Assembly: GCA_963765675.1 (NCBI GenBank)
Contig: CAVXXK010000006.1
Coordinates: forward strand, 192,001-256,000
Origin: an uncultured delta proteobacterium
GTDB taxonomy: Bacteria; Desulfobacterota; Binatia; Binatales; Binataceae
Direction: 5' to 3'
DNA length: 64,000 bases
The translations under genes and the position numbers were made by a program. The notes below the pieces were generated by a model. The model saw only the letters and a list, made by a program, of their open reading frames with translations. It did not search any database and had not been told where the DNA came from. Below, in pieces: positions 21,019 through 30,480 of this stretch (position 1 is its first letter; each line of letters opens with the position of its first letter).

Positions 21019-21139
21019 TCAGATAAACCGTGTCTAGGCACGTCTAAACCCAACAGTACGTCAAACTCGTGGCGCGATTGCAACAAATCCGGACAGTATA
21101 CACGACTATCGGCTTGATTTTGCTACAAGAAGGAGAGAT

Positions 21140-22567
21140 TCAAGCGCGTGGCTTCACCGGAGCCGACGGCTTGGACTCGCCGCGCTTGAGCCCGAACTTA
21201 TCGATCCGGTATTGCAGCGTGCGATAGCTCATTCCGAGCATCTTGGCCGCCTTGGCGATAACCCAGTCGCTCTTTTCCATTGCCTGCAGAATCAGGTCGC
21301 GTTCGAAGTTTTCGAAATTCATTCCTTCCGGTGGAATATCGAATCCGTCGCCGCTGCGCGCAGAGCGGTCGCCGGATTTCGACAGGGTTTTGCGCGATAG
21401 CACTTCCTGCGGCAGATCCCGCGGCATTACGGTTTCGCCCTCGCACAGAAGAATGGCGCGCTCGATCGCGGATTCGAGCTGGCGCACGTTGCCGGGCCAC
21501 GAGTAATCGATCAGGACTTCCATCGCCTCGCGGCCGATCTCTTTGACGCGGGATTCGGCGAGATGGCCGAACTTGGCGAGCGCGTGATTCGCGAGCAGCG
21601 GTATATCGCCGCGCCGGTCGCGCAACGGCGGCAGAGTGATCGTCACGACGTTTATCCGGTAGTAGAGATCCTCGCGGAAACGCCCTTCGGATACTTCCTC
21701 GGCCAGACTCTTGTTGGTGGCCGCGACCAGACGGACGTCGACGTGGAACGACTCGTTGCCGCCGACGCGCCGGACCTCGCGTTCCTGCAGCACGCGCAGG
21801 ATTTTTGCCTGCAAGCCCTGCGGCAGATCGGCGATCTCGTCGAGGAACAGGGTCGATTTATCCGCCGTCTCGAACAGGCCCTGCTTGCGTTCGGTCGCGC
21901 CTGTGAACGCGCCGCGCTCGTGGCCGAAAAACTCGTTTTCGATGAGCGTGTCGGGAATCGCCGAGCAGTTGATCGCGACGAACTGGCGCTGCGCGCGCGG
22001 CGACAGGCGATGAATCCCGCGCGCCACCACCTCTTTTCCGGTGCCGCTTTCGCCCTGGATCAGCACCGTCGAGTTCGACTGAGCGACCTTGCGCATCATC
22101 CGGATCACTTCCTGGATCGCGGGGTCCTGTCCGATAATGCCTTCGACCTCGAACTTGCCTTCGAGCTTGCGCTTGAGGAGCTGGTTCTCCTGTTGCAGGT
22201 TGGCGAGCTCGGCCGCCTTTGCGACCGTCATCACCAATGTCTCGCGGTCCGTCGGCTTGGCCAGGTAATAGAACGCGCCGTTTTTCATCGCCTGCACGGC
22301 GCTGTCGATGGTTCCGTGCGCGGTCAGCACGACGACCTGCGCCGAAGGGTAGGCCACGTGCACCTTGGCGAGCAGCTCGTCGCCCGACATTCCGGGCATC
22401 ATCAGGTCGGTCAGCACGACGTCGAAGCGCGACAGCCCGAGCAGCTCCATCGCGCGCTTGCCCACTGCGGCTTCTTCGACGGCAAAGCCTTCCTCGCGCA
22501 GCGTCTCGGCGGTTATCTGGCGTTCAAGGTCGTTGTCTTCAACGACCAATACGGAAGCCTGGCTCAT
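21140..22567 (-). CDS. sigma54-dependent NtrC/ZraR-family response regulator
   Basis: Receiver domain (VVEDN, TDLMMPG), GESGTGKE, GAFTGA, FREDLYYR, WPGNVRQL, Fis HTH. Confidence 0.95.
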   Translation of the reverse strand: MSQASVLVVEDNDLERQITAETLREEGFAVEEAAVGKRAMELLGLSRFDVVLTDLMMPGMSGDELLAKVHVAYPSAQVVVLTAHGTIDSAVQAMKNGAFYYLAKPTDRETLVMTVAKAAELANLQQENQLLKRKLEGKFEVEGIIGQDPAIQEVIRMMRKVAQSNSTVLIQGESGTGKEVVARGIHRLSPRAQRQFVAINCSAIPDTLIENEFFGHERGAFTGATERKQGLFETADKSTLFLDEIADLPQGLQAKILRVLQEREVRRVGGNESFHVDVRLVAATNKSLAEEVSEGRFREDLYYRINVVTITLPPLRDRRGDIPLLANHALAKFGHLAESRVKEIGREAMEVLIDYSWPGNVRQLESAIERAILLCEGETVMPRDLPQEVLSRKTLSKSGDRSARSGDGFDIPPEGMNFENFERDLILQAMEKSDWVIAKAAKMLGMSYRTLQYRIDKFGLKRGESKPSAPVKPRA

Positions 22568-24030
22568 TGCTGGATGCCTACCCCGGTCTGCGGAAATGTA
22601 AAAGTGACGATAGTGCCGGGGCCCGGATGATTCGGACCGATCACGATTGTCCCGCCGTGTTTTTCAACTATCGCTTTGGACAGGAACAGTCCGAGTCCTA
22701 TCCCCTCGCGTTTGGTGGTGAAGAAGGGTTCGAAGACATGGGCGGCCGCGTCGGGCTCGATTCCGGCGCCGGTGTCGATAAAGGAGAGGACCAGGTGATC
22801 GTCTTCGCGCGCGAAATTGATCTTGAGCGTGCCGCCTTCGGGCATCGCCTGTACGCCGTTGGCGACCACGTTCATGAAACAGGTGCGCAGCTTTTCCGCG
22901 TCGACGTTCAGGATCGTCGGGACACCGTCGGCGTTCTCGATCACTTCGATATCCTGGCTCTTCATTTTCGATTCCGAGATCGCGAGCACGCCTTCGACCA
23001 GCGATTTCACGTCGGTGGGTGCGGGATGAATCTCGATTGGGCGCCCGTAATGTAAAAAGCTCTGCACCAGCTCGGTCAGGCGCCGAACTTCGTCTTTCAT
23101 CAGCATCACCTGGCGCACGAAGTTATCTGAATCCTGCGTCAGCATCCGCGCGTAGCGCGTGCGCAACTGATCGAGGGCAAGACTGATGAAGTTGAGCGGA
23201 TTCTTTATCTCGTGGGCGAGTCCTCCGGCCAACTGCCCAAGCGCGGTGAAACGCTCGAGGCGGTTCAGCTCCTGCTCGCGTTCGCGCGCATGGCGCAACT
23301 GCTCGACCATCTCATTGAAGCTGCGGGTGAGAAGTCCAATCTCGTCGCGGCGATGCGCTTCGGGCACCGGTTCGAGGCCCCGCGCCGCGATATTTTGCGC
23401 GGCGTCGGCGACTGCGTGAATCGGCTTTACGTAACGATCGGCCAGGATATACGCGAACACCAGCCCGAGCGCGAAGATTCCGAATGCGACGTAAAGCTGA
23501 TGCATCCGAGTCGTCGCAAGCGGCTGCGCGAAGTCGCCGAAGTTCGCCACCACCTGCACGTAGCCGAGCAGATGATCCTCGACCTCGACCGGAATCAGAT
23601 AGACGGTGGTGGCTTTCGATTCCGGCCCGAGCTTGGTCGCGGGTATCGTCAGAATCTCGCTGCCCTGTTTGAGCTGCTCGGCGACCACCTTGTCGGCCGA
23701 ACGCGGAACCAGCTCGGCGCCGATCAGGCGCGGATTCGAACTGTTGATGATCAAGTTGCGCGACGAGGCGATCGAAACCTCGAGCCCGCTGGAGTGCAGG
23801 CTGTTCACGTAGTTCGGCAGCCGGTCGCGATCGGTGTTGCCGACCGAGGTCAGCTCCTGGACGCTGATTTGAATCGCGCTGGCGAGATCCTTGACCCTCT
23901 GCTCGGTGGTCTCGATTATCGCGGCCTGGGTGCCGAGGCTGAACCAGACCTCCGCGCCGAGGGTCAGCGCGAGCAGCACGACCATCAAGAGGATCAGTTT
24001 CGCCTTGAGATTTAGGGCAGGTATCGTCAT
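22564..24030 (-). CDS. HAMP-domain sensor histidine kinase
   Basis: Two TMs, HAMP (DEIGLL..SFNEM), H-box AHEIKNPL, DTGAGI, FEPFFTTK, GIGLGL. Confidence 0.95.
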   Translation of the reverse strand: MTIPALNLKAKLILLMVVLLALTLGAEVWFSLGTQAAIIETTEQRVKDLASAIQISVQELTSVGNTDRDRLPNYVNSLHSSGLEVSIASSRNLIINSSNPRLIGAELVPRSADKVVAEQLKQGSEILTIPATKLGPESKATTVYLIPVEVEDHLLGYVQVVANFGDFAQPLATTRMHQLYVAFGIFALGLVFAYILADRYVKPIHAVADAAQNIAARGLEPVPEAHRRDEIGLLTRSFNEMVEQLRHAREREQELNRLERFTALGQLAGGLAHEIKNPLNFISLALDQLRTRYARMLTQDSDNFVRQVMLMKDEVRRLTELVQSFLHYGRPIEIHPAPTDVKSLVEGVLAISESKMKSQDIEVIENADGVPTILNVDAEKLRTCFMNVVANGVQAMPEGGTLKINFAREDDHLVLSFIDTGAGIEPDAAAHVFEPFFTTKREGIGLGLFLSKAIVEKHGGTIVIGPNHPGPGTIVTFTFPQTGVGIQQ

Positions 24031-24082
24031 TGGGATTTAGCTTGGGAATCTAGCTTAGGCCTGCGACCCCAGGTGCCAGTTT

Positions 24083-24691
24083 TCAGGTCCCGCTAGCGCT
24101 GGATTTCCGGAGCACCAGGAGCCGGGTTCCGTACACCGCCAGCGAGAGCACCACTACGACCCAGATAACGCGCTCGAAGCCGCCTACGTAATGGATCGCC
24201 ACTTCGAGCTGTCCGCCGAACAGGTAGCCGATCGAGACCACAATCGGTACCGAGATCAATGCGCCCAAAAGATCGTAAACAAAGAACCGCAATGGAGTAA
24301 CCCCGAACGAACCCGCGCTCAGATAGATGAGAGCGCGCAAGCCAGCCAGGAACCGGGCGTAGAAAATCGCGCGATGACCGTGGCGTTCCATGAAATCGCG
24401 GATTCGATCGATCTGAACCTTGGTTCCCGGCCGGTTGATTCCGAAATACCGCACCAACCCGGTGCCGAAGCGGCGTCCGAGAAAAAACAGCGAGTTGTCG
24501 CCCACGACCACTCCGACCAGCGCCACCGCCAGCGTCATCGGGTAGTGCGTGATTCCGCGATGCACCAGAAAGCCGCCCGCCAGCAATGCCACGTCTTCGG
24601 GCAACGGCAGCCCAAGTCCGCACAACATCAAAACCACGAACAATCCCACATACGTGAAATGCTCGATGTAGGCGGATACCAGGGCTAACAA
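24083..24691 (-). CDS. DedA family membrane protein
   Basis: GLPLPED, GDNSLFFLGR, ARFLAGLR. Confidence 0.9.
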   Translation of the reverse strand: MLALVSAYIEHFTYVGLFVVLMLCGLGLPLPEDVALLAGGFLVHRGITHYPMTLAVALVGVVVGDNSLFFLGRRFGTGLVRYFGINRPGTKVQIDRIRDFMERHGHRAIFYARFLAGLRALIYLSAGSFGVTPLRFFVYDLLGALISVPIVVSIGYLFGGQLEVAIHYVGGFERVIWVVVVLSLAVYGTRLLVLRKSSASGT

Positions 24692-24694
24692 GCT

Positions 24695-25147
24695 TCAGTC
24701 CCCGTTTGCGTATCGCGCCCGGAGCGAATCACGGATCTGTTCCACTGGCATCCCCTGGCGCGCGAGCTGCTCGGCCTCGATAGCCTCTCCGGTGCAGATC
24801 GCGCAGGTGCTGCCATGCTTGTCGCGGAAGCAATCGAGCAAATTCTTATGTCCCTCGGTCCGGTCGCATCCGCAATAACAATGCATCTGCGCGAGCAGCG
24901 CCGGATCGTCCTGCGCGACCTGGTAGGCCTTTTTCACATCGCCCTGGAACAGTTGCGGATCGAGTGTCAGCCGCAGCTTTGCCGCGGGATCGGGGCTGCC
25001 GGCGCTGCTTGCCACCTGTCCGTCCGCTTGCGCAGAAGGCTCCGGGGTCTGGCCGAAAAACGCATACGCAGCCGCCGCTATCAATAGTAGCGCGAGTACG
25101 ACTCCAACGATTCCTTTGGTGCTGGTCGGCATCAGGCAACTCTTCAT
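24695..25147 (-). CDS. PCYCGC-motif exported protein
   Basis: N-terminal TM; HCYCGC..GH..LLDCF...HG..C..C. Confidence 0.85.
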   Translation of the reverse strand: MKSCLMPTSTKGIVGVVLALLLIAAAAYAFFGQTPEPSAQADGQVASSAGSPDPAAKLRLTLDPQLFQGDVKKAYQVAQDDPALLAQMHCYCGCDRTEGHKNLLDCFRDKHGSTCAICTGEAIEAEQLARQGMPVEQIRDSLRARYANGD

Positions 25148-25153
25148 ATACGA

Positions 25154-25858
25154 TTATAGCATTTCAATCATCTGGAGGCTCTGCCGAGTAAAGGCGTACA
25201 GGGCCGCCGGGCGATGCGGTCCGCGGCGGGTCTGCTTAAGCCGCCGGAGCAGCCCCATCGCGAGAATCCTGCGCCGGAAGTTGCGCCGATCGATCGGGCG
25301 GTCGAGAATCCGCGAGTAAAGCTCCTCAAATTCGGCGAAAGTGAACACGCGCGGCAGCAGCGCATACGCGATATTGCTGTACTCGAGCTTCGATCGCAGC
25401 CGCCTGAACGCATACGCCGCCATCAGCGAATGATCGTACGCCAGCGGCGGCAGCGCCTTGACCTCGAACCATCCGCGCTCGCCATACTTGGACGACGGAC
25501 CCGTGACCGCGCCCGCATCGGGGATGAGCGCCATGTAGGCGGCCGACACGACGTGCGAATGCGGATCGCGCGAGGGATCGCCGAAGGTGAAGAGCTGCTC
25601 CAGGTAGGCGTCCGCGAGGCCGGTCGAGGCGCGCAGCTCGCGCCGTGCCGCGTCGTCGAGCAGCTCTCCTATCCGCACCAGGCCTCCGGGAAACGCCCAC
25701 TTGCCGCGCGCAGGTCCGCGCCGCAGCCGCACCAGGTAGGTCTTGAGTTTGCGCTCCTGGATCGCGAACAAAACCGTATCGACCGCGACCTTCGGCCGTG
25801 CGACGCGGCGTTCGCGATGCGCCGGCTCGGCGCTCGAGATTGCGGACGCGACGCTCAG
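25154..25858 (-). CDS. nrtR: Nudix-related transcriptional regulator NrtR
   Basis: VAVDTVLF, WAFPGG, LEQLFTFG..RDP, LAYDH, C-terminal wHTH (RRNFRR, HRPAALY); downstream of nadA; probable CTG start. Confidence 0.88.
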   Translation of the reverse strand: MSVASAISSAEPAHRERRVARPKVAVDTVLFAIQERKLKTYLVRLRRGPARGKWAFPGGLVRIGELLDDAARRELRASTGLADAYLEQLFTFGDPSRDPHSHVVSAAYMALIPDAGAVTGPSSKYGERGWFEVKALPPLAYDHSLMAAYAFRRLRSKLEYSNIAYALLPRVFTFAEFEELYSRILDRPIDRRNFRRRILAMGLLRRLKQTRRGPHRPAALYAFTRQSLQMIEML

Positions 25859-26883
25859 GCGCTCAGCTCCAGCATACGCTCCAGCGCGCGCTTTGCGCCC
25901 TCGCGCACCTCGTCGCTGAGCGTGATCTCGTAGCGCAGATGGGTGAGCGAATCGAGCGTGCCTTCGAGCGTGATCATCTTCATGAAGCGGCATAGTTTGC
26001 ACGCCTTGTAGAAGCGCTTGTCGGGAATCTCCATCAGCAGGCGGTCGGAGAGTCCGCACTCGGTGACCACCAGAAATTTCTCCGCGTCACTCGCGCGCGC
26101 ATACTCGACCATCGCGCTGGTCGAGAGCACCGCATCCGCCAGCGCGAGAACGTCTTTGCGGCACTCCGGATGCGCCAGCACCTTGATTCCGGGAATCGAA
26201 TTTTTCACCCGGCTCACTTCTTCCGGAGTGATCTGATGATGCACGTAGCAATTGCCGTCCCACGAGATGACGCGCTTCTTCGTGTTGCCCTGCACGTAGT
26301 TGGCGAGGTTCTGGTCCGGAACGAACAGGATATTTTCCGAATCGATTCGCTCGACAATCTTGACCGCGTTGGCCGAGGTGCAGCACGCATCCGAGAGCGC
26401 CTTCACGTCGGCGGTACAGTTCACGTACGACACCACTTTGAGGTCGGGATAGATCGCCTGCAACTCGGCTTTGCGCTCGGCCAGCGCGTCGGCGGTGACG
26501 GCGTCGGCCAGCGAACACCCGGCGCGCAGATCGGGCAGCAGCACCTTGCGATTCGGATTGAAGACCTTGGCGGTCTCCGCCATGAAATGGACGCCGCAAA
26601 AGACAATCACGTCGGCGTCGCGGACGTCGCGCGCTTTGCGAGCAAGCTCGAGCGAGTCGCCGATAAAATCCGCGACTTCGAAAATCTCTGGCCGCTGGTA
26701 GTTGTGCGCCAGGATCACGGCGCGGCGCTCGCGCTTCAAGCGGACAATCTCGGCGATGGTACCGGCCAATCTGGCGCAGGTCTCGGGGTTGTAGCTGTCA
26801 TCGCCCAGGGCGGCGAGCTTGGCGAACAGCGCGTCGGCGGAAATCGCCGCCGCACTGTGGGAAGTTTCTGTTGATAGGGTCAC
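25855..26883 (-). CDS. nadA: quinolinate synthase
   Basis: ILAHNYQ, GDSL, CGVHFMAE, GCSLA, PDQNL, C..H, AHPEC, C.FMK. Confidence 0.95.
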   Translation of the reverse strand: MTLSTETSHSAAAISADALFAKLAALGDDSYNPETCARLAGTIAEIVRLKRERRAVILAHNYQRPEIFEVADFIGDSLELARKARDVRDADVIVFCGVHFMAETAKVFNPNRKVLLPDLRAGCSLADAVTADALAERKAELQAIYPDLKVVSYVNCTADVKALSDACCTSANAVKIVERIDSENILFVPDQNLANYVQGNTKKRVISWDGNCYVHHQITPEEVSRVKNSIPGIKVLAHPECRKDVLALADAVLSTSAMVEYARASDAEKFLVVTECGLSDRLLMEIPDKRFYKACKLCRFMKMITLEGTLDSLTHLRYEITLSDEVREGAKRALERMLELSA

Positions 26884-26901
26884 GATCGATCCTCGATCTA
26901 C

Positions 26902-26922
26902 TTTGCGTCAATTTGACACTTA
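26902..26922. promoter_or_regulatory. NrtR operator
   Basis: 21-bp imperfect palindrome TTTGCGTCAATTTGACACTTA with the GT-N7-AC core typical of NrtR sites, about 19 bp upstream of nadA. Confidence 0.75.
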
Positions 26923-26972
26923 CTCTATTGCGGACTGTGACACCGCGCAAGGGCAAAGCGGTAGCGGGAAAA

Positions 26973-27995
26973 TCATTCGCGCGGGATTCGAACCCACAGC
27001 GGCGCGCCTTCGATTAGCGCCGCGGCGTTTGCGCCGCCGGCAATGCGCGCGCGCAGCTCGATTCCCGCATTCAGCGTAAGCACGATCGCGCCCCCGTCAT
27101 TCTCGACCGCGACGATCCGCGCCGCGATCGCTTCGCCGTCGACCGAAGCCGCGGAGGTGTCGCTGATCTCGACGCCCTCTGCCACGAGCGTCGGCGTGCC
27201 GGAGCCGTCAGGATCGACCGCGAGTGTCATCGCGCGAGCATGCAGAGCGAACTTGATTTCAGCGGGATCGGGAGGACTCGAATCTACCGTGACGCGTGCG
27301 GTCTTCAGGAACCGCGCGATCATCGCCGATGCGGGCTTCGCAAAGACCTCGCGCGGCGCGCCGGACTGCATCACGACGCCATCGATCAGGATCGCGACGC
27401 GATCCCCAAGAGTGAGCGCCTCTGAGAAATTGTGCGTTACGTGAATCGTCGTGGTGCCGAGCTCGCGATGCGTTGCGCGCAGGCGCTCGCGCAGTGCGTA
27501 GCGCGAATTTGGATCAAGCGCTGCCATCGGCTCGTCGAGCAACAGCAGAACCGGATTGGCCGCGAGCGCCCGCGCAATCGCGACGCGCTGCCGCTCGCCG
27601 CCCGACAGCCCGCGCGGCATCCGATCAAGCAGCGGCTCGATTTCGAGCATCCGCGCGAGCCGCGCGATCGCCGCCGCACGCTCGCCGCGCGCAATCCGAT
27701 GCGCTCCGTAGGCAAGATTCGCGCGCACGCTCAGATGCGGAAACAGGAGGCTATCCTGGTACAGAAACCCGATCTGCCGCGACTCGGGCGCGCTCGCCGT
27801 GACCTCGCGCGAGTCCATCAGGATTCGCCCGGCCGAGGGCCTGCGCAGCCCGGCGATCGTTTCGAGCGTGACGGTCTTTCCTGCGCCGGTCGGCCCCAGA
27901 ACGATCAGATACTCGCCGTCGCCGGCTTCGAGCGTGAGCGGGCCTAAGTGAAACGCGCCTGCGCTGACCGCAATATCCTCGATCCGAAGCCGCAT
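26973..27995 (-). CDS. ModC/WtpC-like ABC transporter ATP-binding protein with TOBE domain
   Basis: GPTGAGKT, LFPHLSV, LSGGERQRVA, LLLDEP, VTH. Confidence 0.85.
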   Translation of the reverse strand: MRLRIEDIAVSAGAFHLGPLTLEAGDGEYLIVLGPTGAGKTVTLETIAGLRRPSAGRILMDSREVTASAPESRQIGFLYQDSLLFPHLSVRANLAYGAHRIARGERAAAIARLARMLEIEPLLDRMPRGLSGGERQRVAIARALAANPVLLLLDEPMAALDPNSRYALRERLRATHRELGTTTIHVTHNFSEALTLGDRVAILIDGVVMQSGAPREVFAKPASAMIARFLKTARVTVDSSPPDPAEIKFALHARAMTLAVDPDGSGTPTLVAEGVEISDTSAASVDGEAIAARIVAVENDGGAIVLTLNAGIELRARIAGGANAAALIEGAPLWVRIPRE

Positions 27996-28141
27996 CGCGA
28001 CGAGACTAGCACGTTGCGCGTGCTGCTCCATCGGATAGCGCAGGCGATTCGATGGCGCTCGGGAGGCGGGGTTTGCTACACGAATCTGTACGGGCGCGCG
28101 GCATGGTTCGCTTCCGGACGGCGCCGCAAGGAGTTAAAGCG

Positions 28142-29290
28142 ATGGATGAAGTTTCTGATCGCGACATAATTGCTGCCGTGCGCAGCTTCGTCGAGCGCGA
28201 GGTGATGCCGTTCGCCTCCGAGCTCGAGCATCGCGACGAGTATCCGCATGCGATGGTCGCCTCGATGAAGCAGCTCGGACTCTTCGGCGCGACTATTCCG
28301 GTCGAGCACGGCGGCCTGGGACTCGCGTTTGCGACCTACGCGCGCGTGATGGAGGAGCTGTCGCGCGGATGGATGAGTCTGGCCGGCGTGATCAACAGCC
28401 ATCTGATTATGGCTTTCATCATCGCGCATCACGGCACCGACGCGCAGAAGAAATATTTCCTGCCCGCGATGGCGCGCGGCGAGAAGCGAGGCGGCCTTGC
28501 GCTCACCGAGCCGCATGCCGGCAGCGACGTGCAATCGATCCGCACGACGGCGGTGCGCCGCGGCGACGACTATATTCTCAAGGGCAGCAAGATGTTCATC
28601 ACCAACGCGCGCAACGGCACGATGCTGGCGGTCGCGGCGAAGACCGATCCGCGCGCCAAGCCCGCATACGCGGGCATCAGCATGTTCGCGGTCGAAAAGA
28701 ACGACGCGGGACCGGCGGTCAGCGCGAATCTCAAGAAGATCGGCTACAAGGGAATCGACACCTGCGAAGTGACTTTCGACGATCTCGCGGTTCCGGCGGC
28801 GAGCCTGATCGGCGGCGCCGAGGGCTTGGGATTCAAGCAGGTGATGAGCGCGCTCGAGGTCGGGCGCATCAACGTGGCCGCGCGCGCGGTCGGAGTAGGG
28901 CAGGCCGCGTTCGAAACCGCGATTCGCTACGCGCAGCAAAGGACGACATTCGGCAAACCGATTTGCGAGCATCAGGCGGTGCAGTTGCTGCTCGCCGATA
29001 TGGGCACGCGGGTCGAGGCGGCGCGCCTGCTGGTCGCCAACGCCGCGCGGAAAAAAGATGCGGGCGAGCGCTGCGACGTCGAGGCCGGGATGGCGAAGCT
29101 GTTCGCCTCGGAGGCGTGCGCGAAAATCTCGCTCGACGCGATGCGCGTGCTCGGCGGCTACGGCTTTATGCAGGAGTTCCCGGTCGAGCGCTTCTATCGC
29201 GACGCCCCGCTAATGATGATCGGCGAAGGCACCAACGAGATCCAGGCGCTGGTGATAGCCCGCGGCCTAATCGCGCGCTACCCGGCATGA
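28142..29290 (+). CDS. acyl-CoA dehydrogenase
   Basis: LTEPHAGSD, GSKMFITN, R.TFGKPI, LGGYG, IGEGTNEIQ. Confidence 0.93.
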   Translation: MDEVSDRDIIAAVRSFVEREVMPFASELEHRDEYPHAMVASMKQLGLFGATIPVEHGGLGLAFATYARVMEELSRGWMSLAGVINSHLIMAFIIAHHGTDAQKKYFLPAMARGEKRGGLALTEPHAGSDVQSIRTTAVRRGDDYILKGSKMFITNARNGTMLAVAAKTDPRAKPAYAGISMFAVEKNDAGPAVSANLKKIGYKGIDTCEVTFDDLAVPAASLIGGAEGLGFKQVMSALEVGRINVAARAVGVGQAAFETAIRYAQQRTTFGKPICEHQAVQLLLADMGTRVEAARLLVANAARKKDAGERCDVEAGMAKLFASEACAKISLDAMRVLGGYGFMQEFPVERFYRDAPLMMIGEGTNEIQALVIARGLIARYPA

Positions 29291-30028
29291 TCACATCAGC
29301 GCGAGCTCGTGCAGGGCTCGAGCACATTCTTCTGGATGCGTGAACATGATCTCGTGGCCGCACTTCACGATCTTAATCGCGGGATTCTTTAGACGGCTCG
29401 AATAGAACGGATGCCATCCGGATGCGCCTGCGATTGGCGTCTGGTCGTTTTCGCACACGAGATAACCAGTCGGCACGCCGGATTCGTGGAATGCTTTCAT
29501 CGGGACCGGATCGCTCACTGGTCCCCACGGCTGCGGGCATAGCGACGCGTCGATCCATTTGCGCATTACCGGCGGAACGTCGTTCATCAACCCTTCATAG
29601 AATTGCGGGCCCATCATCTCGACCGGAACCGAACGGTCCGGGCGCGACGCGACCAGGTCGAGCATCGGTTTGGTCGCCGGATTTGCGGGATCGGTCAGAC
29701 GCTCGCCGTCGAGCGGAACGATCGCGCTTACGAACACTGTGCGTTTGATGCGTGACGGAATGCGTGCGGTGACACACGAAATTGTCAACCCGCCGAGACT
29801 ATGCCCCGCCAGCACGACGCCGCGCAGGTCGCGCTCTTCGATGTATCGCACAACGCTATCGACGTAGCTTTGCAACGTTATTTTCGCGCGATCGGCATAA
29901 TTTTGTCCATGACCGGGCAGATCTACCGCGAACGCGCGATCGCCGAGCTTTTCGAGCTGATTGGTAACTGCTGCCCAGCACCACGCACCGTGCCATGCGC
30001 CGTGTACGAGCACGAAGGTCTCAGCCAT
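29291..30028 (-). CDS. alpha/beta hydrolase (methylesterase-like)
   Basis: FVLVHGAWHGAWCW, DLPGHG, GHSLGG, C-terminal GH. Confidence 0.9.
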   Translation of the reverse strand: MAETFVLVHGAWHGAWCWAAVTNQLEKLGDRAFAVDLPGHGQNYADRAKITLQSYVDSVVRYIEERDLRGVVLAGHSLGGLTISCVTARIPSRIKRTVFVSAIVPLDGERLTDPANPATKPMLDLVASRPDRSVPVEMMGPQFYEGLMNDVPPVMRKWIDASLCPQPWGPVSDPVPMKAFHESGVPTGYLVCENDQTPIAGASGWHPFYSSRLKNPAIKIVKCGHEIMFTHPEECARALHELALM

Positions 30029-30084
30029 CGTTAGGATCCTCCACGATCCGTCACTAACCATGAATGCCTGTTGAGGTGCAACGA

Positions 30085-30100
30085 TTGGACCGATTGTTGC
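30085..30100 (+). promoter_or_regulatory. possible sigma54 promoter
   Basis: TTGGACCGATTGTTGC (GG-N10-GC) 25 bp upstream of ORF 30126. Confidence 0.35.
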
Positions 30101-30125
30101 GTCTAGGTAACACGAGGCGGGAACG

Positions 30126-30446
30126 ATGTACGGGAAACAAACCTTGGAAATGCGTCGGGGATTGGAAGCGCAAACCGGCTACTTCGTGTTAGCGGTTATA
30201 TTCAGCTTGTTATTCGTCATCGTGACCTGGCGATGGGCCGCTCTGGTCAATCCTCGCGTGTGGAGTGTTTGGGAAAACTCCGACTATTCCGTCAGTCACC
30301 CCGTTGCCACTTCAGTAGAGACCGCTCCACCGGGCCCCGGAGAGCCGGCAACTATTACACGGTCCGATGCGCAGCGGCAGCAAGGCTCGAAGGCTATCCT
30401 GCTGCGGATGTTCGCGCTCGGAATGGGCAACGCTCCCGCGCAATAG
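30126..30446 (+). CDS. hypothetical single-TM protein
   Basis: 106-aa ORF with one hydrophobic segment. Confidence 0.5.
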   Translation: MYGKQTLEMRRGLEAQTGYFVLAVIFSLLFVIVTWRWAALVNPRVWSVWENSDYSVSHPVATSVETAPPGPGEPATITRSDAQRQQGSKAILLRMFALGMGNAPAQ

Positions 30447-30480
30447 AGACCGCGGTTCGAATCGTCAATTTGCGGCGCAA

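Noticed and set aside
21069-21081. Plus-strand TGGCGCGATTGC as a sigma54 promoter
   Set aside because: GG-to-GC spacing is 7, not the required 10
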